The notes under the pieces are model-generated. The model searched no databases and was not told the origin of the DNA. It was given only the letters and a program-made list of their open reading frames with translations. A stretch of 62,942 nucleotides of DNA, counting the filler, from Neoconidiobolus thromboides FSU 785 (lineage: Eukaryota; Fungi; Entomophthoromycota), in assembly GCA_025603075.1 (NCBI GenBank). It is 8 parts of 8 records of this genome, joined end to end, with 100 filler letters (N's around TTAATTAATTAA, not from the genome) between each part and the next. Parts side by side here need not be neighbours in the genome. Positions count along the whole stretch, not along the records: positions 53,547 to 58,416 come from MU626769.1; positions 58,517 to 61,545 come from MU626829.1; positions 61,646 to 62,942 come from MU626998.1; 5 more parts are not named here. The stretch is one strand, 5' to 3'. Shown piece after piece: positions 53,607 through 62,942 of the stretch (positions within the stretch are counted from its first letter, which is position 1; the number at the start of each line of letters is the position of its first letter). The position numbers were made by a program, and so were the translations under genes.

Positions 53607-54004
53607 ACTCATGAAATGATATACTGGCTTATTTTACTGAAATATTAAACACAATTTTTATCAAAATAAGCATTTTTATTAATAGTTACAATATCTACTT
53701 TATATTAACAGTTGTAATCTATAAAATAATCTTTGCAACTTTAGAGTTTTAAATTATTTTTGTTTATTTCACAAATCTATTATTTAAATGGTTATAATTC
53801 AATATCTACATATCACTGTTATATTTAACATTTAAACTGTTAAATGGATTTCTAACAATCAAATCAAACTATTATAATTAATTCTTTATTACTTTGAATA
53901 GCATTTCTTTACTACAACTTCCTAACATATAAACCATTCCAAATTTTAGAAAGGTTACATTATCAAAATATTTTGAAAGTAGTTGATATAAGAATGCACC
54001 AAAT

Positions 54005-54482
54005 GGGAGTGTTTTTTTTGACTTCATTATTTTTTCCATTTTTTGAGCGCTATTTAAGCGGAAAATTTGTTAGTAAAATTCTTAGACACAAAAATACATC
54101 CCCAAATACTTTAATTTAACTATGCCAAATAAACCTTTCATTAAATTATAAATTTTATATTTCAATTTTAACTCATCAACTTATAATAAGTTATATTTGA
54201 TACTCTGATTATTCTAAGGTAACTACTATCCTCAATGTCTATCTTGATATTTTCATCGATATCACCTAGAAAAATCCAGTTTGTCTTCAAGTAAATAAGT
54301 TACTAAATAACATCCTAATGCAATTCTCTATTATGACTAAAGCATATTTTCCAAAGCAAAAACCTTCTGTTTTACTTTATTAATATATGGGGGTGTTTTT
54401 TTGGCTTCATTACTTTTTCTATCTTTTAAACAGTATTTAAGCGGAAAAATAGTAAGATTCTTAAATATGAAGATACATCTCC
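54005..54482. mobile_element. Two MITE A copies (~54005-54102, 54389-54482) in the peptide-array spacer
   Basis: Family core and termini. Confidence 0.85.
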
Positions 54483-54715
54483 ATCATAAATTGAATCATT
54501 ATAAGGTTTAGTTAGATATACTATTAGTACTATTGTCTTTGTAATATTTCGCAACGTTTATTACTATTTCCTTTGTCCATACGACTAAATTACATTCAGT
54601 AAGAGTCAACTATGACATGAAGTGTTACATCATGGAATATTGCAAAACTTAGTAGTAGAGATAAATAAAGCAATTGAAGAAATTGATGGTTTAAACGTTG
54701 AATTTAAAAATCAAG

Positions 54716-54856
54716 TACCATTGGTTCGATTTAAACATGAATTGGGCATTTTAGTTCTTGTATTTACTGAACTAAACTATAAGGAAATTTCTTTATTTTT
54801 ATTTAACAAATACGAAGCAAAAATGCCCAATTCACGTTTAAATCGAACCAATGGTA
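54716..54856. repeat. Long hairpin / TA-flanked inverted-repeat element (second MITE-like family or structured RNA)
   Basis: TACCATTGGTTCGATTTAAACATGAATTGGGCATTTT pairs with AAAATGCCCAATTCACGTTTAAATCGAACCAATGGTA (36 of 37 Watson-Crick); TA at both ends. Confidence 0.85.
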
Positions 54857-55053
54857 AGGTTAGTATTTTAATCAACACTAACATTACTTTATTATCGTAA
54901 ATTATACAATTAAAGTTAGTTTTAGTTATAAAATTACCTTATGAATATATGATGTAGCAGTTGAATTAACCCTAAACATAAAGGTGTTAGCATTATCATT
55001 TAACCCTAAAGATCAAACTGTCACCATCTCATTGTTTACTCTTAAAAAAATAG

Positions 55054-55169
55054 TATAAATAATACACAAAAGTAGCTATAAAATTTATTAAATACTCCTT
55101 TTATTCCTGTATAAAGTAACTATAATCATCAGAGCTTAAACACAATATATTAACATCTATTTCCTTTAG
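55054..55169 (+). promoter_or_regulatory. TATA box and probable 5'-UTR intron of peptide copy 2
   Basis: TATAAATA 126 nt before the ATG; GTAACT(55116)...TTAAC...TTTAG(55169). The same layout occurs at copies 3 and 4. Confidence 0.6.
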
Positions 55170-55179
55170 AATATTTAAA

Positions 55180-55395
55180 ATGTTTACCAATTTCAAATTA
55201 TTATTAGTTCTCTTTTTCGTCTTTTTTGTAACCTCTGATATCTGCAGAAGATGTAATAAAAAAGGTGCTGTAGGCAGAACTTGTATTGCTGACTATGAGT
55301 GCGGAAATGCTTGCTCTAACTTCCCTAGAAGTCCAAAATGGGGTATTAATGGAGATTGTGATTGGGGTAGCTGTTGCTGTGGTGCCGATTGCTAA
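55180..55395 (+). CDS. Secreted 10-Cys defensin-like (CS-alpha-beta) peptide, copy 2
   Basis: 19-aa signal ending VTS; 52-aa mature peptide C-x2-C-x9-C-x5-C-x3-C-x14-C-x4-CCC-x3-C. Confidence 0.9.
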   Translation: MFTNFKLLLVLFFVFFVTSDICRRCNKKGAVGRTCIADYECGNACSNFPRSPKWGINGDCDWGSCCCGADC

Positions 55396-56479
55396 GCACA
55401 TACGATGATATTTGATTAATTTTCTATATTATAGCATTATAAGTATGTGAATCTATTTCATTGAAGTAATAAACATAACCTCATTAAACTAAACGCTTTT
55501 TATGCTACTAAATACACTAATAATTTACAATGATACCCAGTAGCTTTGATTTTACAATTTATTGATTTATAAGGGCTCACGACTATTTACTTATCAATTA
55601 GCAAATGTTTAATACCTAAATATTAATATTAATATTTTTATAGTTGATCGAGTATCTAAACTACTATAATAAAATTTTTTAATAAATATAATTTATTATA
55701 AATCATCTCAATATTATTTTAAATAGTGTTACTTTATGCTTTAATACTAACTAGCTAATAAGTTGCTATAGGTTTACCAACAAAAAGTATACTATTGGAA
55801 GAATAAAGATAATAAATAGAAAGCGAGAAGTTTCAGTCTATTCAAGCTATAGCCTCAAAGACATTTTTTATTACATTGTACGCTATACGCTACATATTTT
55901 AAAAAAAGTCATTTAACCATAATGAATTAGACTTACTATCTTGGAAAAGAGTAGCATACAAGGTGGTGATTACTTTAAATCTAGAAACAGTATTGACAAT
56001 TGATTAAAACATTCATAAGTCTGAGGATAATACAGGCTATAGAATAATAGATGAGAATGCCATTCTTCATAAATAATTCATGCTTTTAAAAATGACGGAC
56101 CCTTTGGCCCTTGATTTTTGATTACTCATGTTACTTTCCCATTTATTATATTTTAATAATATTATTATAAAAGAATTATGTTTCAGCTATCATTACTTTC
56201 CACCCATCTCCAAATCATAATAGAAAGCAACATGCTATTTATGGATTATTGCATCAGGAATATTGTAATTTAGTTAAACAGGAATTTATAAGTAGATAAA
56301 TGACAAAACAAGTACCAAAGTATGAACCAAACTATAAATAGTAAAGAAAATAAAATTATAAATTGGAATGCCTTTAATGTTTCAATATCCAGCTAACTTT
56401 TAACTCTATGTTGTATAAAAATGGATAAATAAATTAAATCTAAAAAGACCTAACATCCTCTTTTACTATTGCAAACTGT

Positions 56480-56580
56480 GCGAGGACGTTTTTTTTGGTT
56501 TCATTACTTTTTCCATTTTTTTAAGCGTTGTTTGAGCGGAAATATTGTTGGTAAATTCTTAAATACAAAAGTACACCCCT
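56480..56580. mobile_element. MITE family A copy, diverged, in the peptide-array spacer
   Basis: GAGGACGTTTTTT...GTACACCCCT with family core. Confidence 0.75.
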
Positions 56581-56852
56581 ATATATATAATTTTGTTGGA
56601 AAAATTATTTCATAAAATGCATGATATAGCGTATAATTTAGCCTTAAACATCAAATACATCAACACTAACATTTAACCTTAAACTACAAGCTATCGTTAC
56701 TTAATTGTTTGTCTTTAAAAAAGAGTATAAATAGCTCATAGAAGCAACCATAAGCCTTATCAAATTCATAATTTAATACTGTATAAAGTAGACATTTAAA
56801 AATCCAACTTTAAATATAAATATTAATAACTATTTCCTTTAGAATATTTAAA

Positions 56853-57068
56853 ATGTTTACCAATTTCAAATTATTATTAGTTCTCTTTTTCGTCTTTTTT
56901 GTAACCTCTGATATCTGCAGAAGATGTAATAAAAAAGGTGCTGTAGGCAGAACTTGTGTTGCTGATCACGAATGTGGAAATGCTTGCTCTAACTTCCCTA
57001 GAAGTCCAAAATGGGGTATTAATGGAGATTGTGATTGGGGTAGCTGTTGCTGTGGTGCCGATTGTTAA
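56853..57068 (+). CDS. Secreted 10-Cys defensin-like peptide, copy 3
   Basis: Identical to copy 2 except for two substitutions, I>V and Y>H (IADYEC vs VADHEC). Confidence 0.9.
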   Translation: MFTNFKLLLVLFFVFFVTSDICRRCNKKGAVGRTCVADHECGNACSNFPRSPKWGINGDCDWGSCCCGADC

Positions 57069-57600
57069 GCTTATAAGATAATATATTTTTTTATTTTAGT
57101 ATTTTGAATTACTATTATAAATGATATTGATTCAACACTGACCTGTTAGATTAGCATTTCTATTAAAATAAAATAAAAGTGATTTTCAAATCTTTAATAT
57201 TCGTTCTTATCCTTTGATTCTATCTAAATACAGTATTAGTAGCTATTGATGGTAATAACTTATTGTAACAATATTCCTATACTTTTAAATTTGAAAATTA
57301 GCTATCTTAGCAAAAGTATATTATTACTTCAGGTGCTATATCAAAATGTTATTAAAAATAAAATTCTAAATTTAGTTTTTATTTTAAATGCACAACATCC
57401 AAGGAATTGTAATTTGGAATTGTAAGGATATTTGTTAAAATAAAAACCGATTTATTAATATAGCCAATAATCCTTACTTTATCATTATACTTTAGTTAGC
57501 TAAAAATACCGATTTTTGCCAGCAGTATAACAAATAACTTTAAAATAACTTTTCTAGTATATTTTATCATAATTAGCGTATAATAATGGAATTGATATAT

Positions 57601-57698
57601 GAGGATGTGCTTTTATGTTTAAGAATTTTACTATAGATTTTTCTACTCGAATAGTGCTTGAAAGATAGAAAAAGTAATGAAGCCAAAAAAACATCCCC
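57601..57698. mobile_element. MITE family A copy in the peptide-array spacer
   Basis: ATAT-GAGGATGTG...AAAACATCCCC-ATAT. Confidence 0.9.
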
Positions 57699-58357
57699 AT
57701 ATAATTTACCTTACTATTACTCAAAAAATGTAATTTTACAATAATATATAAAATTAATTATAATATATGTATTCATTGATTAGTTTAATTGAACGGCTTT
57801 TTTTAAAATACTTTAATTCGATTGTCGCTTACTTTCTTTATTGATCGACCAGATTGTAATGAACTAAATTGGATTATCTCATGGTTGACTCCACTAATCA
57901 ATACTGGCGTCAAAAACAAGGGTGTAAATCATCCTTGTTATTACGTTAGAAATTTCATTAAGCTTGAATTAATTAAATAAAATGACAAATATAAATCCTA
58001 TCACACTATCTTATAGTTCATAACTGCTCATCACTTTATTTATTGTCATAATTAAATAACAGTAGGTGTTGAAGCATGATTTTACAATAGTTTTATTACC
58101 CTTACAGCTTCAAAAAATGAATTATTATATCAGTTGACTTAAATAACATAACAAAACTTGTCATGGTGTGGCTTTGCATCAAGTTTGAACGTTAAAACTG
58201 TCAAAGTTGATCGTCTATCCCTGAAAAAATAATATAAATAATGTATAGAAGTAGATATCAAATTCATTAAATCCAATTGTATTATTGTATAAGGTAATCA
58301 TTTAGTTTTATGATTTAGTGTTAAATATTAATAACTATTTCCTTTAGAATATTTAAA

Positions 58358-58416
58358 ATGTTTACCAATTTCAAATTATTATTAGTTCTCTTTTTCGTCT
58401 TTTTTGTAACCTCTGA
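58358..58416 (+). CDS. 10-Cys secreted peptide, copy 4 (5' end only, cut by gap)
   Basis: MFTNFKLLLVLFFVFFVTSD DNA identical to copies 2 and 3, with its own upstream flank; TATAAATA at 58233. Confidence 0.85.
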
Positions 58417-58516
58417 NNNNNNNNNNNNNNNNNNNNNNNNNNNNNNNNNNNNNNNNNNNNTTAATTAATTAANNNNNNNNNNNNNNNNNNNNNNNNNNNN
58501 NNNNNNNNNNNNNNNN

Positions 58517-59000
58517 AGTAGTATAATCATTTACTTTATCTGTACCTCCATAAACCAGTATACAATTTAGATCATATAAATGAGTAGCTGAATGTCCTAT
58601 TCTTATTCTATTATTGTAATTCTTTGTTTCTATTTTCTCAATTAATTTTGTATCAATATTATATAAGTAAGTTATTCAGGTTTGATATTATTGATTCTTT
58701 GCCATGCCTTTGAGCTTGGGATCTGTGCTTGTTATCAGATATCATGTAAGAAGAATCACCATAAGATAAACTGCCAATCATAGCCATAGTAGCAGACTTA
58801 ATTATATTAGCTGTATAAAAAGTATTAGCAGGTAAATCACTATCCAAGATATAAACACTAAATAGCATATAAGGGCTGTGATATTGAAAACGGTGATTTT
58901 ATTGCTTAATACAGAAAAGATTGTATTCATATCCAAAAACCAACTACCACAAACATACAGTTTATTGTTTGTGCTTATTATTGATCTACCGCTAAAAGTT
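58517..59000 (-). pseudogene. Frameshifted paralog of the kelch-repeat gene at 60577
   Basis: TFSGRSIISTNNKLYVCGSW / LPANTFYTANII..TMAMIGSLSY..KESIISNL / RIGHSATHLYDLNCILVYGG align in order with the 60577 protein but need two frameshifts. Confidence 0.75.
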
Positions 59001-60576
59001 TTTCAGAAAATGGGAGCATGAGTTTTTTTGTGACTCACCTTTTATGCTTTAAATTGACAATGTATAACCTTGAATACCGGAACTTGTCGTTCTCAATCTT
59101 ATTATTGAATTGAAGTTTATATAATCTTGTTACAATATTTGGGCTAATATTATATATATAAATGTATATCAAGCTTGCTATTTATGACATTTCTTTAAGT
59201 TTAAATTTGAAAAAAGTTGTTTTAAGTTGGTAGCTGAAGTCAAATTAATTAAAAGATGACTATTTCTTGAACTTTCCTTTTCGTTTGGTTCTTCCTCAAT
59301 GTTGAGCTCTTTTCTTTTTATTGTGTTGTAAACCACTAACATTTGATAATATAATACAGTACTACTACGTTTTATAAATTCCTTGTTTTTTTATGGTTTT
59401 CTCAAAGTCACTTTTTGTTACACTAGTTAATAATAATAATTTTGCTCCCAATAAATATCCATTATACATCATATCATATCCTTCTTGAATTTTGATATAT
59501 ATATGCAGCTATAAATATGCTTATTTTAACATGTGGCCTTTTTTATGTTTATACTCAAATGACATTTTTAAAATTTATTCTTGTTATTAGTTAAATGGAA
59601 TGAATTTGTAGCTTTTCATTATCAAAGTCGTATTTTTATATCCCTTAAAAGAACAGTAACATAAATTTTATATCAAGAAAAGAGCTGTATATTTGAACAA
59701 ATTTACAATCGTGATTATACAATGCGTTTAAATAAAATTGATAAGATTGAAAAAAGATTGAAGAATTTTCAATAGCTCGTATAATCAAAAAAATTTTATT
59801 TGATCTATGTTAAAATTTGCAATATTTGTATGTAGATGTTTCTTTTTTTTAAGGATTCCAAATATCGAATATGTTCTTTCTACACGTTTTAAGTATATAA
59901 ATCTCTGCTGTATGATAGTTTAATACTAATGTTATTATATATATAAGTTTCACAAAGCTTTGATTTATTTAAAATAAGTTATTAAACTATCTCAAAAATT
60001 CTTCTCAAAGCCTATAATAAAAAAAAGTAAGAATTTGGTGTTTATTTATTGTGAGTTAATTGTTTATTTATAAAGAAAAGGCCAAGTATTTGTACTATTT
60101 TTGAGGATATAAAAAGATAGCCGACAGATCATTAGATGAAAAGTTCGAATGTAGCTTATTAATATACTTAGGATTTGGAACAGCTTTCTACTCAGATGAT
60201 AAGGAGAGTTCTAAAAATTTCTAAATTAAGCTAGCCAATAGAACATTAGCTGCAAATAAGGGATAATCCTGATACATTTTGGTTTGAATAGAATAGTTAA
60301 ATACCAGAAGCCAACAGCTCTAATGTTATCAAACTAAATAACTAGCCAATTGGTCTCAGAACATCTTTTTATCCCATAATATTTTAAAAGAATAAAAACC
60401 CATACCTTATTGGGCTCAAGATTTAAAAAAAATGTTCAATAGTTTCTTAAATTTTTATTTATCATATCAATACTAAAACTGAATAGTTAAGAATTTCATC
60501 TAAATAAAAGTCACAACGAGGGGTGTATTTAAAGGAAAATAGGTATCCCACGATTAAAGATAGAAGGCAAAATACA

Positions 60577-61545
60577 ATGCATAGGCTATTTTTACCAATA
60601 ATAATGTTATTATTGCCATTATTAATAAGTGCAAATAGCAACGAGTTCCAGAAAGTCAAGAATAGTAACAAAGAATTTACAAAATGTAGTACGATATTAT
60701 ACGATAAAATACTACTAGTACATAACACAATAATAAGGAAAGATATTTATAATGAAAAAGTAATAAATAGAAAAGAGCCAAGTTTAAACTACAGTCACTT
60801 TTTAATCAATTTAACATCAACCATTAACTTGAACCAAATTTATCCAAATGCGAATTTAAAGAATAATTATATAGATAGTAACTTTGACATTTTTTTTTTC
60901 ACATATAAGAATAATTTGAATGCTATGGCAACATTAGATAAGTTTCACTCAAATAACAAATTTAATAATACAACCGATAGCCTTTTATCATTGTATACAA
61001 TTAGTTTAAAGAAAAAGCTGTGGATTGTTAAAAATAGCAAGTCTGAGTATCATATAGATAATTATAGTGGTAGTTCAATAACAAGCGTGAAAGATAGTTT
61101 ATTTGTCTATGGGGGCTGGCAATTAAACTTAGATACTAACATATCTACAATAGTTAATAATCTCACAGTTTTGAACTTGGACTATACTAACTCTTTGCAT
61201 CCCACAGCTGAAATCGATTCAAGTATGCCTCCTAGTGCTTTTCATACAGCTACTATGATTAACTCTACTACTATGGTTATACTTGGCGGTTTATCTTATG
61301 AAAATTCTGATAGTGAAAAACCGAAAATCGAGATTATCCCAAAAGGCCAAAACTATTCTAAGGAATCAATAATGATGAATTTGAAGCATATTCATATGTA
61401 TAATACGGACTTGAGGTTATACAAAAAAATAGAAACAAAGAATTACAATGATAGAATAAGAATAGGACATTCAGCTACTCATTTATATGATCTAAATTGT
61501 ATACTGGTTTATGGAGGTACAGATAAAGTAAATGATTATACTACT
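60577..61545 (+). CDS. Signal-peptide-bearing kelch-repeat protein, 3' part in gap
   Basis: MHRLFLPIIMLLLPLLISA signal; kelch-type motifs LFVYGGW, FHTATMIN..MVILGG and IGHSATHL..ILVYGG. Confidence 0.8.
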
Positions 61546-61645
61546 NNNNNNNNNNNNNNNNNNNNNNNNNNNNNNNNNNNNNNNNNNNNTTAATTAATTA
61601 ANNNNNNNNNNNNNNNNNNNNNNNNNNNNNNNNNNNNNNNNNNNN

Positions 61646-61852
61646 AACTACTATACTCTGTAAACTCTTTTATACTCTGAAAAGTATAAATATCAAAATG
61701 AGAAGATAATATTCTTTGGGATGAAGCTAGAAATTCTCATAACAAATCAAAATAAGAACGTGGGACTGATTTTCTCTGAACTCAAGAACACAACAGCTTA
61801 GGGGATTGTTATGTTATAATTAACCATGGGACTGACAAAGCGATATTTCACA
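61646..61852 (+). mobile_element. Element B, 3' half (5' part in gap)
   Basis: Ends CATGGGACTGACAAAGCGATATTTCACA. Confidence 0.88.
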
Positions 61853-62104
61853 GAAGTTGATCCAAATTTTAAATTTTTAAATTTGTGTCTAATGTGACGG
61901 TTAAATCTAAAAAGCCTAAATGAAATCTCTCTATTTAAAACTTATTTTAATTGTTTCCTTTTCTTAAATAAGCTAACTTTCCTAATTATATGTTTTATGT
62001 TATTTCTGTTAGATATTTAATAGATATATAATATATAACTATATGATTATATAATTATATAAATATAGTTATTTGACTTTGTTTTTTGTTGAAATAAAAA
62101 TAAA

Positions 62105-62942
62105 ATGCAAACTTCCATAACTAAACTTCGAAATGGAATTTTTGAAAATTTCAATACAATAGGGAGGAGTACACAACATAAACATTATAATTCATTTACA
62201 TCAATTTTAAGAGCTACTTATAATAACCCAAGGTTTATGGAATTTTATAATAAAACGAAATAAAGAAAAGATATATTATCAAAGTTTACTATTAACAATA
62301 ATAAACTTAATCAATCAATGTATAAAATTAGTGCTTTGAGGGAAACAGGAAATAAAAATAAACAAATAGCGTTATTATCAACTATAGCTTCAGCATATTC
62401 TTTTGATGAATGTAAGAGTTTTGGGTTTAATATAAATAGAAATCGATATGATTGTTCAAAAATAAGTAATAATAGTAATAATATAGCAACATTACAACCT
62501 ATTATTAAAAATACAAAAAAATTAAAAATGACCAAGTTGAAACTATTGTACAATTACTAAATGATTCGGCTATTTCACCAAGATTTAATAAAAAAAATAA
62601 TGGTAGTAAATATTCATCAGATAATATATATATTAAATAAGAGTAGAAGAATGATATATAGTAAATGCTTTGATGATCTAAGAGATAAAGCAGTAGATAG
62701 GTCAACATTTTTTAAATATATACCAAGTAATTTCAAAAATCCAGCAAGAAAAACAAATTTATGTAATATATGTGCCCAGTATACAGTTAAAAAAAAGTTA
62801 TTTGAAAATAAAATAAAATACACCAATAAAGAATAAAGCAGAGATAGAAGAAATTTTCAATAAAGAAGAAAAATTATACAAATTACATAAATTCTGTGTT
62901 GATACTCAAAAAAACACATTTAATGAAACTATTAAAAAATTA
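62105..62942 (+). pseudogene. Degenerate DNA transposase, N-terminal to pre-catalytic part (Sola/Zator-like; superfamily uncertain), cut by window end
   Basis: Broken frame with KQIALLSTIASAYSFDE, IYSK...VDRSTFFKYIPSNFKNPARKTNLCNIC, then after a frameshift YKLHKFCVDTQKNTFNETIKKL. Confidence 0.55.

Noticed and set aside
54622-54900. 92-aa ORF in the peptide-array spacer
   Set aside because: Non-ATG start, no motif, and half of it is the hairpin element.

Overview
A very AT-rich eukaryotic window, not a prokaryotic one. It has short GT-AG introns (about 45-60 nt), TTAGGG telomeric repeats, a Zn2Cys6 factor and GT15 mannosyltransferases, which point to an early-diverging fungus. An entomophthoralean such as Conidiobolus is an inference, not verified. 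It is a draft scaffold with eight 100-base gaps; seven carry an artificial TTAATTAATTAA linker. Recognisable genes: delta-12 desaturase, YHM2-type mitochondrial carrier, secreted trypsin, RNA15/CstF64, RPS15, ALDH7A1, Scc4/MAU2-like cohesin loader, SDR, fumarylacetoacetase, DCAF11/WDR23, Zn2Cys6 factor, two inverted GT15 paralogs, Kch1-like K+ transporter, Ngl/Angel-type EEP nuclease, and kelch-repeat genes and pseudogenes. Intergenic DNA is saturated by a ~98-bp MITE (family A: GGGG...CCCC ends, ATAT target duplication, 30+ copies) and a ~463-bp TGTGAAAT...ATTTCACA element (family B). Family B twice sits just upstream of telomere-type hexamer arrays. Most interesting: (1) a tandem array of at least 4 near-identical genes for a secreted 10-Cys peptide with cis-defensin (CS-alpha-beta) cysteine spacing, plus an unannotated, possibly related peptide gene at 26.4 kb; (2) patchy sequence homogenisation between inverted or tandem paralogs; (3) the element B / telomere-repeat association; (4) a decayed Sola/Zator-like transposase at the window end that could be the MITE's partner. 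All calls were made by eye; no searches were run.
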